Shown: positions 1 through 8,645 of the stretch, piece by piece
Layout: each line of letters opens with the position of its first letter
Position numbering within the stretch: position 1 is the first letter of the stretch
Source: an uncultured Alphaproteobacteria bacterium
GTDB taxonomy: Bacteria; Pseudomonadota; Alphaproteobacteria; HIMB59; GCA-002718135
Assembly: GCA_902602515.1 (NCBI GenBank)
Contig: CACKRG010000004.1
Location: 2,405 to 66,404 of the forward strand
DNA length: 64,000 nt
Direction of reading: 5' to 3'
Translations under genes and position numbers: made by a program
The notes under the pieces: model-generated
Databases searched by the model: none
Told to the model about the DNA's origin: nothing
What the model saw: only the letters and a program-made list of their open reading frames with translations

Positions 1-720
1 ATTATGGAGTTAGGTGGTAAATCACCACAAATTATATTCAAAGATGCTGATTTAACTTTATCAGTAAATGGAGTTGTGTCAGGTATATTTCCAGTTTCAG
101 GCCATAGTTGTATTTCAGGATCAAGGATACTAGTGCATAAAGATATAAAAGATAAATTTACTAATAGTTTATTAGAAGTTGTTAAAAAGGCTAAAGTTGG
201 TCACCCAAATGATACTGCAACACAAATAGGACCTATAGCAAATAAAGAGCAATATGAATTTATTTTATCTAAGATAGAAGCGGCTGAAAAAAGAGGTTTA
301 AAATTATTAATTGATGGAAGAAAAGAACAAAAGTCTGAAGGATACTATATTGGACCAACAATTTTTGATAATGTTCCAAATGAAGATGATTTAGCTCAAA
401 ATGAAGTATTTGGACCTATTGCCTCAATACAAACTTGGGAAGATGAAGATGAAGTAATTAAAATTGCAAACGATACTATTTATGGGCTTGCAGCAGGCAT
501 TTGGACTAAGGATACTAATAAAGCTATTCGTTTAGCGGATAAGATAGAGGCTGGAACTGTTTATATAAATAATTATTTTAATGCTTCTACTCAATCACCA
601 GTTGGAGGCTTCAAGCAATCAGGATATGGTCGTGAAAATGGATGGGAAGGGATGCAAAGTTACATGCAGACTAAATCTACTTGGCTAGCTACCAATCCAT
701 TTCAACCAAACCCATTTTAA
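1..720 (+). CDS. Aldehyde dehydrogenase family protein, C-terminal ~239 aa (5' end outside window)
   Basis: Frame is open to position 1. ELGGKSP, EVFGPI and PVGGFKQSGYGRE motifs are typical of the NAD(P)-dependent ALDH superfamily. Confidence 0.85.
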   Translation: MMELGGKSPQIIFKDADLTLSVNGVVSGIFPVSGHSCISGSRILVHKDIKDKFTNSLLEVVKKAKVGHPNDTATQIGPIANKEQYEFILSKIEAAEKRGLKLLIDGRKEQKSEGYYIGPTIFDNVPNEDDLAQNEVFGPIASIQTWEDEDEVIKIANDTIYGLAAGIWTKDTNKAIRLADKIEAGTVYINNYFNASTQSPVGGFKQSGYGRENGWEGMQSYMQTKSTWLATNPFQPNPF

Positions 721-727
721 GAAGTAA

Positions 728-1519
728 TTATTCTTTCCAATTTGGTTCTCTTTTTTCTAAAAAAGCTTCAATACCTTCCTTGGAATCATCATGTAACATG
801 TTCTCAGTCATTACCTTTGAAGTAAAAGTATATGCATCTTCTAAATTCATATCTTTTTGTTTGTAAAAAGCTTCTTTACCAATTTTAATAGTATTAGAAG
901 ATTTAGACGATATTTTTTTAGCAATTTGAAATACATTTTCTTTTAAACTATCTTCTTCAAAGACATCATTTATTAAACCAATCCTTAATGCTTTATTTGC
1001 ATCTATAAGATCCCCAGTGAGAAGCATTTCCATTGCTTGCTTTTTACCTACAGTTCTTGATAACGGAACCATTGGTGTAGAACAAAATAATCCAATATTA
1101 ACACCAGGAGTTGCATATTTTGCTCTACTACTTGAGTAAGCTAAATCACAGCTAGAAATTAACTGACAGCCTGCTGCAGTAGCAATACCATCAACCATAG
1201 CTATAACTGGTTTATTATTTTTATTAATTTTCAGCATAAGATGAGAGCACATTTGAAATATTTTTTTAAAATAGCTTTCGCCTTTATCATTTTGTAATCT
1301 TTGTAAATTTAAATCTTTTAAATTATGTCCTGCACAAAAAATATTACCTTTTGATGATAATATAATTACTTTTATATCATTATCTTTATCAGCAATATCT
1401 AGTGCTAATGTTAATTCGTTGATCATGTTTTCACTTAAAGTATTTTGGTTTTCTTGGTCATTAAGAATAATATTAAAAATATTATTATTTTTTTTAGTTA
1501 ATATTAGTTTAAAATTCAT
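728..1519 (-). CDS. Enoyl-CoA hydratase/isomerase (crotonase superfamily)
   Basis: 263 aa. VIILSSKGNIFCAGHNLKDL and MVDGIATAAGCQL oxyanion-hole-type motifs. Start codon abuts the stop of the upstream OsmC-like gene (1519/1520). Confidence 0.85.
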   Translation of the reverse strand: MNFKLILTKKNNNIFNIILNDQENQNTLSENMINELTLALDIADKDNDIKVIILSSKGNIFCAGHNLKDLNLQRLQNDKGESYFKKIFQMCSHLMLKINKNNKPVIAMVDGIATAAGCQLISSCDLAYSSSRAKYATPGVNIGLFCSTPMVPLSRTVGKKQAMEMLLTGDLIDANKALRIGLINDVFEEDSLKENVFQIAKKISSKSSNTIKIGKEAFYKQKDMNLEDAYTFTSKVMTENMLHDDSKEGIEAFLEKREPNWKE

Positions 1520-1966
1520 TTAATTGATTTGAATTTCAACATCTTTAGATAGTGAATTAGCGATAAAACAATACTTATGTGATCTATCTTTCATCTTTTT
1601 CATTTCTTCGTCAGAAATATTAAAATTATCTTCAAATACTATAGCTGGATTTAGTTCTATTTTGTTGACGTACATTCTTCCTTCTGCATTTTTTCCTAAA
1701 TACGAAATTGCTTTATCTTTATAATTAATTACTGGCCATTTCATTTTTGCAGCTAACGCTAAGAATGTCATCATAAAACAACTACTTACAGCTGCAGCTA
1801 GTTTTTGTTCTGGATTAATATTAGTTTCGCTTCCTCCATAATCTGGAGATGATCCCGCATCAATAGATACATTTTCATTAAGCATTATTGTGTGATCAGT
1901 TAAGTATTTTCCAAATTCGAGTTTTTGATCTCCTAATTCCCATTTTAATTCGATTGAATGACTCAT
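1520..1966 (-). CDS. OsmC/Ohr-family peroxiredoxin-like protein
   Basis: Trimmed to ATG at 1966 (MSHSIELKW...), because the longer track ORF overlaps the upstream gene. Two conserved Cys contexts (VSSCFMMTF and HKYCFIANS) are typical of the OsmC family. Confidence 0.8.
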   Translation of the reverse strand: MSHSIELKWELGDQKLEFGKYLTDHTIMLNENVSIDAGSSPDYGGSETNINPEQKLAAAVSSCFMMTFLALAAKMKWPVINYKDKAISYLGKNAEGRMYVNKIELNPAIVFEDNFNISDEEMKKMKDRSHKYCFIANSLSKDVEIQIN

Positions 1967-1967
1967 T

Positions 1968-3089
1968 TTAAGAATAATTAAAAGGTAGTGAGCACACTTT
2001 ACCTTTTCTCTCAATATTGTCTGGTGTTAATACGATAACATCCTGCCCATCATTCCAATAATCTCTATCAACCATTGATAGCCCAATATTGGTTTTTAAA
2101 AATGGTGAATAAATACCAGAGGTGATATTACCAATTTGAAATCTATTTTTTGAGTATACAGGAAAAGGTATTGTGCACGGAGGAGTCGGTGACCCATCAA
2201 AAGTAATTCCTTTTATTTTTTTTTCTATTCCATTTTTTAATATTTTTTTTAGTGCATTTTTTCCAATAAAATCATGAGATAAATTGTTACAATAATTATC
2301 AAATCCACATTCAATTGGATTATTTTCTAAAGTAAATTCATTGCCATAGGATAATAAACCGCCTTCTATTCTATCAATTAAATTAGGACATCCAGGTGAA
2401 ATATTAAAATTTTTTCCTGCTTCCCAAATAATTTCCCAAAGTTTTTTTCCTAAACTAAAACCTTTAAGATAAATCTCAAAACCGTCTTGTTTGCTATATC
2501 CTGATCTTGCAATTATCTGCTTTGTGCCTTCAAACTCAAAAAAAGTAAAATGAAAGAATTTTAATTTTTTTATTTTTTCACCAAATATTGAAGACATTAA
2601 TTCTTCAGATTTCGGACCTTGAATTGCTAGGGGATAAACATCTGGTTCAATAATATCAACTTTAAAATTTCTTCCTACAGCCAAACCTTTTGCCCAAAGA
2701 AGAACATCTGAATCTGCAACTGATAGCCAATATTTATTTTCACTTAATTTTAAAAGAACGGGATCATTTATCATTCCTGCATTTTCATCAATCATTGGAT
2801 AATAGTAACACTTACCAATAGGCATATCTTTTATTGACCTTGGAGACATGAGTTGTATTAATTTTGAAGCATCTTCTCCTATTATTTGAACCTGTCGTTG
2901 ACATGAAACATCCCAAATTTGAGTATTTTTAGATAAGTGCCAATAATCTTCATCTACTGTTGCTTTATATGATTTTGGAAGAAGCATATGATTAACTACA
3001 GTAAAACCACTTACACCAGCCTCAATAACTTTCTCGGTATAAGGAGTCCTCCTAATACGTCTAGACATGTTTAATCCTGAATTACTCAT
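1968..3089 (-). CDS. dmdA: GcvT-family (aminomethyltransferase-fold) THF-dependent demethylase, DmdA-like (DMSP demethylase candidate)
   Basis: 373 aa from ATG 3089 (CAT at 3087-3089). SRRIRRTPY near the N-terminus, VVNHMLLP, WDVSCQRQV, ARSGYSKQDGFEIY and PNLIDRIEGGLLSYGNE match my memory of DmdA rather than the canonical glycine-cleavage T protein. Size is close to known DmdA. Not verified by search. Confidence 0.6.
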   Translation of the reverse strand: MSNSGLNMSRRIRRTPYTEKVIEAGVSGFTVVNHMLLPKSYKATVDEDYWHLSKNTQIWDVSCQRQVQIIGEDASKLIQLMSPRSIKDMPIGKCYYYPMIDENAGMINDPVLLKLSENKYWLSVADSDVLLWAKGLAVGRNFKVDIIEPDVYPLAIQGPKSEELMSSIFGEKIKKLKFFHFTFFEFEGTKQIIARSGYSKQDGFEIYLKGFSLGKKLWEIIWEAGKNFNISPGCPNLIDRIEGGLLSYGNEFTLENNPIECGFDNYCNNLSHDFIGKNALKKILKNGIEKKIKGITFDGSPTPPCTIPFPVYSKNRFQIGNITSGIYSPFLKTNIGLSMVDRDYWNDGQDVIVLTPDNIERKGKVCSLPFNYS

Positions 3090-3090
3090 T

Positions 3091-3426
3091 TTATTTAGAC
3101 CACCATATTGAGTATCCATTTGGAGAAATAATCAAAGGTATGTGGTATTTTTTGAGAGGATCTTTCATTTTAAATTTAACACTTATTAAATTAATTATTT
3201 CACTAGTATTTCCAAAATATTTACCAGAATTAATTATCATTTCATAATCACTTTCACAATCTTCTTTCGTTAATTCAAATTCTTTAAGCATTCTTCCAGA
3301 GCTATCTGTTTTATCTTCTAGAAATACAACTTTATTATTTTTATTTACTTTATAAATAACAATTTCTACATCACTTGCATGCGTACCATCTATTGAGTTT
3401 AGTAAATGTGTAGAAAAAAATGCCAT
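3091..3426 (-). CDS. Transthyretin-like protein (5-hydroxyisourate hydrolase family fold) with atypical C-terminus
   Basis: 111 aa. N-terminal STHLLN..G and C-terminal YHIPLIISPNGYS match TLP/HIUase family blocks. The terminal tetrapeptide is WWSK instead of the HIUase signature YRGS. Confidence 0.7.
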   Translation of the reverse strand: MAFFSTHLLNSIDGTHASDVEIVIYKVNKNNKVVFLEDKTDSSGRMLKEFELTKEDCESDYEMIINSGKYFGNTSEIINLISVKFKMKDPLKKYHIPLIISPNGYSIWWSK

Positions 3427-3429
3427 AAC

Positions 3430-5172
3430 CTACTCTATAGACGCTTTATCTCTTTTATCACTAACTGCAGCAACTATAGGACTTATAACACCTTTAGCTT
3501 TAACATTTACACATGCAGTTTTACCACTTTCTAGCGCTCTTTTTAAAGCGGGGCCTAAATCTTCTCTTTTAGTAACTAGTTCTCCATGTCCTCCAAAACC
3601 TTCAAAAATTGAATGAAATGGAATATCTCTAAAATCAGTTGCAAAGTGTTTCCCACTTTCAAATAACCTTTCTTGTTGCTGAGAAATACAGTCAAGACCT
3701 CCATTATTATCTATAACAACAACAATAGGTTTTTTTTCTTGAAATGCAGCTTCAATTGATAATCCGCCAGATAAAAATGCACCATCTCCACTTATTAAAA
3801 CAACATTAGATTTAGGATTAAGATTTTTTGCTGATACTGCAAAAGGAACTCCAACACCTAACATGCTGAAAGTGCCTGGATGTAATATTCCCCCAAGTTT
3901 TTTACCTTTTGATCCAGCAATATTAATTGCAATCTCGGACCAGAAATGCGTGTTACCACCATCAATAACTAACCAATCATTTTCAGTTAATACTTCTTGA
4001 ACATCTAAAGCTAATTGAAGAGGATGAATTTTTCCACCTTCTTTTTTAGCCTCTTCAGTTTCTTTATTTAAGTCGTCTAATGTTTTATTAATCCAATTTT
4101 TTTTCTCTTTTTTATTCTTATTAAACCAATCATTGTTTAATTTCCATTTACTGTTTTTCTTTAACTCTATGAGTTTATCCAAAAAAACTCCAGGATCACA
4201 GAGTAAGTTAATATCTGCAGCTCTATTTAATTCTATTTCTTCATGCGATCCATTAATACAAACAAGCTTAGTGCTTTTTGGAAAAAGTGGAGGATTGCCA
4301 AAATTCATTTGATTATCAAGACGTGCACCAATCATAAGAACCAAATCTGATTCATTGAGAGCCATTTTTGAAGGAGGATATTGATGAATATCTGCCAGAC
4401 CCATGTATGTATCTGCTTCTTCGCCTAAAAGCTTCTGATGGTATGGTATATTAAATATTGGAATGTTTAATTCAAAGCCAGCTTGCTCTAATTTTTTTTC
4501 TGCACTAGACCACCAAACACCATGCCCTCCAATAAAAACAGGTTTTTGTGCACTTATTGCCAGATCAAATATTTCATTTAATCTCTGAGGATCGGGCCAA
4601 GCTTTGGCTAAAGGTTTCTTTTGATGAGTAAAAGGCCTTTCTTCTAAACCTGCATCATCTGCAAATGATGAAAACATTATATCTACTGGTACACTTAAAT
4701 GTACTGCACCAGGATAGCCATTTGTTGCAATTCTATATGCTTTATCTACGAACTCTCTTATTCTGTTGCCATCTGTTATACTTGCACTGTATTTTGTTAA
4801 CGGTGCTGCAATAGATACATCATCAATTTCCTTAAAACCGCCTGCTCCTTGTCTTTTTAAGCTACTTGATCCAGTTATAAAAATTACAGGTGATCTTTCA
4901 CCCCAAGCTTCCATCATTGAAGGTACAGCATTTGCAAAACCTTCTGGTCCAACAATACAAACAGATGGTTTTCTTGATATTCTTGTATGGCCATCAGCTA
5001 AATGACCAGCAATTTGTTCATGAGGACAATTAATTACATTAATTTGACACTCCATAAATCCTTCGAGTGCTGGATTACAAAAACCTCCAGAAAGTGTAAA
5101 AACATTATCAACCCCTTTATCCTTGAGAGCTCTTGCCACTAATGCTCCACCTCTAATCTTTTTATCTCTCAT
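3430..5172 (-). CDS. Thiamine-diphosphate-dependent enzyme (acetolactate synthase / 2-oxoacid decarboxylase-like family)
   Basis: 580 aa. N-terminal GGALVARALKDKGVDNVFTLSGG (Pyr domain) and C-terminal GDGAFLSGGLSIEAA...NNGG ThDP-binding motif. Confidence 0.85.
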   Translation of the reverse strand: MRDKKIRGGALVARALKDKGVDNVFTLSGGFCNPALEGFMECQINVINCPHEQIAGHLADGHTRISRKPSVCIVGPEGFANAVPSMMEAWGERSPVIFITGSSSLKRQGAGGFKEIDDVSIAAPLTKYSASITDGNRIREFVDKAYRIATNGYPGAVHLSVPVDIMFSSFADDAGLEERPFTHQKKPLAKAWPDPQRLNEIFDLAISAQKPVFIGGHGVWWSSAEKKLEQAGFELNIPIFNIPYHQKLLGEEADTYMGLADIHQYPPSKMALNESDLVLMIGARLDNQMNFGNPPLFPKSTKLVCINGSHEEIELNRAADINLLCDPGVFLDKLIELKKNSKWKLNNDWFNKNKKEKKNWINKTLDDLNKETEEAKKEGGKIHPLQLALDVQEVLTENDWLVIDGGNTHFWSEIAINIAGSKGKKLGGILHPGTFSMLGVGVPFAVSAKNLNPKSNVVLISGDGAFLSGGLSIEAAFQEKKPIVVVIDNNGGLDCISQQQERLFESGKHFATDFRDIPFHSIFEGFGGHGELVTKREDLGPALKRALESGKTACVNVKAKGVISPIVAAVSDKRDKASIE

Positions 5173-5173
5173 C

Positions 5174-6337
5174 TTAATACTTTATATCCTTAAAAATTTT
5201 CTCTGCTATAATTTTTTTATCAACTTCATTTATATCGGTTAATCCTACTAAGCCAAGATTCGTACTTAACTCCTCTTTAATTAAGTTGATAATTCTTCGA
5301 AGACCTCTCGCACCATCGGCACCAATGGCGTACATTAAAGGTCTGCCAAACATAACAAAATCAGCTCCTAGAGCTAATGCACGTAAAATATCACTACCAC
5401 TTCTAATGCCACTATCAAAAAGTATTGGAAAATCATCTCCTAAAGCTTTTCTAATTAATGGTAAGGCATTAATAGAAGCAGTAGCACTGTCTAATTGCCT
5501 TCCTCCATGATTAGATACTTGAATTGCATCAGCACCAGCCTCTTTAATTTTTAAGGCATCTTCAGAATTCATTACTCCTTTTATTATTAATTTCCCCTTC
5601 CATGCTTTTCGAATTCTTTTTAGAGTATTCCAATCAGTTGATCCTCTACTTTCTTTTCGTCTAAAAACTTTATCACCGCTTTTAGAGGTAATATAATTCA
5701 TTGGTTGCGGAGCTCCTTTTAATAAAGTCGTTAAACTCCATTGAGGATGTAGTGCAAAATCTAAAAATTGTTTTGGACCTATTTTAAATGGATAACCAAA
5801 ACCATTTCTGTCATCTCTTGCTCTTCTTGAAAGAATAGGTACATCAACAGTAAGAATTAAAACTTTGTATCCAATATTTTCTGCCCTTTTTAATAATTCC
5901 ATAATAAATTCTTCACTTTGAAAAATATATATTTGCATCCACGAATGACCCTCTGAAAAGGTAAACATATCTTCAAGTGTTGTGCTAGATGCCATTGAAA
6001 CACATGTTGGAACATTATTATAAGCACTCTCTTTTGCTATCATTTTATCTGCTTCAGGCCATGAAAGATTTGTCATTCCCATTGGAGCAAACCCAAATGG
6101 ATAATCAAATTGAAAATCAAATATTTTTTTACTTAAATTTCTATTCTCGACATTTCTGAAAACCTTAGGCTCAAGTCTAATTTGATCTAATGCTGTACTA
6201 TTAATTTCTGCAAGTTTATCATCTCCTGATGCTCCATCAATAAAATCAAAGACTAATTTTGGTAATCTTTTTTTAGATAATCTTATTGCATCATCTATTG
6301 TATGGATTTTCGTGCTTGGTTTAATGAGATCATTCAT
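5174..6337 (-). CDS. FMN-dependent alpha-hydroxy-acid dehydrogenase/oxidase (LldD / glycolate oxidase / MdlB family)
   Basis: 387 aa. VSNHGGRQLD active-site motif and DSGIRSGSDILRALALGA. The start is 1 nt from the downstream ThDP gene. Confidence 0.85.
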   Translation of the reverse strand: MNDLIKPSTKIHTIDDAIRLSKKRLPKLVFDFIDGASGDDKLAEINSTALDQIRLEPKVFRNVENRNLSKKIFDFQFDYPFGFAPMGMTNLSWPEADKMIAKESAYNNVPTCVSMASSTTLEDMFTFSEGHSWMQIYIFQSEEFIMELLKRAENIGYKVLILTVDVPILSRRARDDRNGFGYPFKIGPKQFLDFALHPQWSLTTLLKGAPQPMNYITSKSGDKVFRRKESRGSTDWNTLKRIRKAWKGKLIIKGVMNSEDALKIKEAGADAIQVSNHGGRQLDSATASINALPLIRKALGDDFPILFDSGIRSGSDILRALALGADFVMFGRPLMYAIGADGARGLRRIINLIKEELSTNLGLVGLTDINEVDKKIIAEKIFKDIKY

Positions 6338-6385
6338 TTTAATATTTGTATTCTAATATAATTTATAATTCTATTACATAATATA

Positions 6386-7615
6386 TTAGTTTTTTGACAT
6401 TCCCTTCCAAGGTATTGGGCTAGATGGAATATCTACTTTTAAACCTCTTTGTATTTCACCTTTCTCATCATACATTGGTAAAGTACAGATTTCACCTTTT
6501 TGAATGCTACCATCATCACATCTAACATCTACTACTGTGCCTGGACCAAGTTCTGCATGATTCATATGAACTATAGAAACACCACAAACTTGAAATGGTG
6601 ACCATGTACTTGAAGTTACAACACCTACTTTTTTATTATTAATAGAAATTTTAGAGTCAACTAATGCAAAACTATTTTCCACTCTCATACCCCAAGTTAA
6701 ACAATCTTTACTGGCATTAAGTAAATATTCTCTTCCAATGAAATCACCTTTATTAAAATCTATAAATTTTCCTAAACCAACTGCAAATGGAGATCTATCT
6801 TTTGTAAAATCTCTACCTGCAGATAAAAGACCTGCCTCTATTCTCCTACATCTAAATCCAGGTGAAGCTGTAAGGATCATTCCCATATCTTCACCTTTAT
6901 TGAGTATTAAGTCCCCAATTTTTTTTGAATCATTTTGTGGTCTTAAATAAATTTCCCAGCCTAGTTCATTGGTAAACCCTGTCCTGCTTATAATTACTTT
7001 TTCTGAAGCAATTGAAGTTTCAATCCAATCAAAATAATTAAAACTATCTTTTATTGGTTGATCAACTAGTGTTTCTAAGAGCTTAAGAGATTTTGGACCT
7101 TGAACTTGGCTTACCCATACGTTTGGATCTTTTATTTCGACATCTAAGTTTTTTGAATGAGCTTTGTACCAACTATATAAATGCCCATCACCTTGAGCAA
7201 ACCAAAATTTATTTTTTTCTAATCTTAATAATAATCCATCTGAAATCATTCCTCCATCATGATAGCAAGCAAATTGATAAGAACATCTTCCAATTTTAAC
7301 TTTTGAAATATCTCTAGGAAAAATTTGTTGAAGTAATTTTTCAGCATCTGGACCAGATATTTCATATGGATGTTCACCCGTATGACGTAAAATTATCTCT
7401 TGTCTAGCCTTCCAATACATTTCATCTGCTGTAGCATGTGATAGTTTTTCTAGCGTAAATCGACCATCAGCATAATTTGTATATTCAGGACTAAATGGTA
7501 ATTCTTGATAAGTTAGTGGATGTATTTTCATTGGTCTTGCCAAATCAAGCGACCTACCAATCTCTTTAACAACAGGCTTAACAACAAATCTGTAATTTTT
7601 AACTAAGTCTTCCAT
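6386..7615 (-). CDS. Second GcvT-family aminomethyltransferase-fold protein (THF-dependent demethylase-like), long N-terminal region
   Basis: 409 aa. ISGPDAEKLLQQIFPRD, VSQVQGPKS, SRTGFTNELGWEIY and RRIEAGLLSAGRDF match the GcvT fold. It is clearly distinct from the 1968-3089 paralog. Confidence 0.7.
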   Translation of the reverse strand: MEDLVKNYRFVVKPVVKEIGRSLDLARPMKIHPLTYQELPFSPEYTNYADGRFTLEKLSHATADEMYWKARQEIILRHTGEHPYEISGPDAEKLLQQIFPRDISKVKIGRCSYQFACYHDGGMISDGLLLRLEKNKFWFAQGDGHLYSWYKAHSKNLDVEIKDPNVWVSQVQGPKSLKLLETLVDQPIKDSFNYFDWIETSIASEKVIISRTGFTNELGWEIYLRPQNDSKKIGDLILNKGEDMGMILTASPGFRCRRIEAGLLSAGRDFTKDRSPFAVGLGKFIDFNKGDFIGREYLLNASKDCLTWGMRVENSFALVDSKISINNKKVGVVTSSTWSPFQVCGVSIVHMNHAELGPGTVVDVRCDDGSIQKGEICTLPMYDEKGEIQRGLKVDIPSSPIPWKGMSKN

Positions 7616-7660
7616 AAATAAACAATATTTTATGTAACATAAATAAAATAAAAAAAACTT

Positions 7661-8584
7661 TTAAAATAAGCTACTTAAAGCTTCAATATGTCGTGGTTTA
7701 ACTTCACAACATCCACCAATTAAAGTAGCTCCTTCATTTATAGAATTAGAAACAAAATTTTTATATTCCTTGACTCCATATTCTTGATCTCTTGTTCCGA
7801 GTAATTCTACGGGATCTTCATACTCAGCTTGTCCTTCAAAACCCTCTGTATTGAATGTTTTTTGATCACTAGTTGGCAATCTTTTAAATAGGTTCATTTT
7901 ATATCCAAACGGGAGTTTTTGTTTTTTTAGAATTGGAATACTCAACTCAACAATTTCTGGAGATACACAAGCAGAGATTATACCACAACAATTATACTGA
8001 TAAATAATTTTAAAAAGATCTTCAAGTGCTTCTCCTGAAGGTAATTTACCATCAAAACGTAAATGAGCACCAACTAGTATTTGTTTATTAAACTCTTTAG
8101 ATGCTTCTAAAGCGATTTGTATTTCCTTGACAGAACTTAAAACATCTAAATAAAATATATCTACGTAGTCATTTAATATTTTTGCAACCTCAAAGAAATA
8201 TTTAAACATAGTTTCTTCTGTCTCAAATTGCATAGGAGAATAAGTATTACTCTGATTGGGCAAAGAGCCCGCAACTATAGTTTTTTTATTACTTTCAAGC
8301 TTTGCCCTCTGCGCAATCTCACCTGCAGATCTAATTCCAAATTCTAATGAGTCTAATAAATTATATCTTTTTAATAACCTTCTTCTAACACTAAAATTTG
8401 CTGTAACAATTAGTTGAGATCCTGCATTAATAAAATCTTTGTGCATTTGTAGAACCATATGATGTAAATTTTTATCTATAAGCGCTTTTGCAGACCATAA
8501 ATCACCATAAGTATCTAAACCCATTTCCATTAAAGTTTGGCCAGAACCACCATCAAATAGGTATTTTTTATTATTTAAAAACAT
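7661..8584 (-). CDS. Homocysteine S-methyltransferase family protein (BHMT/MmuM-like, PF02574-type)
   Basis: Trimmed to ATG 8584 (MFLNNKKYLFDGGSGQTL...). The track ORF extends 84 codons further through an intergenic hairpin into the SBP gene. Zn-ligand contexts ISACV and GGCCE are present. Confidence 0.8.
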   Translation of the reverse strand: MFLNNKKYLFDGGSGQTLMEMGLDTYGDLWSAKALIDKNLHHMVLQMHKDFINAGSQLIVTANFSVRRRLLKRYNLLDSLEFGIRSAGEIAQRAKLESNKKTIVAGSLPNQSNTYSPMQFETEETMFKYFFEVAKILNDYVDIFYLDVLSSVKEIQIALEASKEFNKQILVGAHLRFDGKLPSGEALEDLFKIIYQYNCCGIISACVSPEIVELSIPILKKQKLPFGYKMNLFKRLPTSDQKTFNTEGFEGQAEYEDPVELLGTRDQEYGVKEYKNFVSNSINEGATLIGGCCEVKPRHIEALSSLF

Positions 8585-8607
8585 TATTGAAAATTTAATA
8601 AAAATAT

Positions 8608-8629
8608 GTGGCGCAATTTTTTGCGCCAC
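8608..8629 (-). terminator. Intrinsic terminator/attenuator hairpin between the SBP gene and the downstream methyltransferase gene
   Basis: GTGGCGCAA-TTTT-TTGCGCCAC is a perfect 9-bp GC-rich stem. On the minus strand it is followed by AUAUUUUUAUU. Confidence 0.5.
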
Positions 8630-8645
8630 AAAAAAAACTAGAGGT

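Noticed and set aside
3091-3426. Annotating the transthyretin-like gene as 5-hydroxyisourate hydrolase, with purine or urate catabolism in this region.
   Set aside because: The diagnostic C-terminal YRGS is absent (it reads WWSK). No other ureide-pathway gene is present in the window, so only the fold family is claimed.
4766-5005. Many 60-126 aa ORFs in the track lie antisense to, or out of frame inside, long well-supported genes. Examples: 681-866, 4766-5005, 5286-5510, 6738-6950, 7093-7299, 8866-9080, 9549-9779, 12243-12533, 15189-15371, 18027-18242, 21787-21999, 24352-24573, 29155-29487, 30606-30803, 35409-35762, 36712-36972, 39764-39961, 46130-46366, 46785-47027, 47356-47736, 50354-50551, 51285-51503, 52202-52390, 52505-52744, 55100-55354, 57904-58269, 60609-60806, 61085-61354 and 63553-63747.
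   Set aside because: Each is fully embedded in a longer ORF with clear family motifs. Their translations are low-complexity or hydrophobic shadow sequences typical of AT-rich DNA (Ile/Phe/Leu/Ser/Lys-rich), with no recognisable motifs or independent SD and start context.
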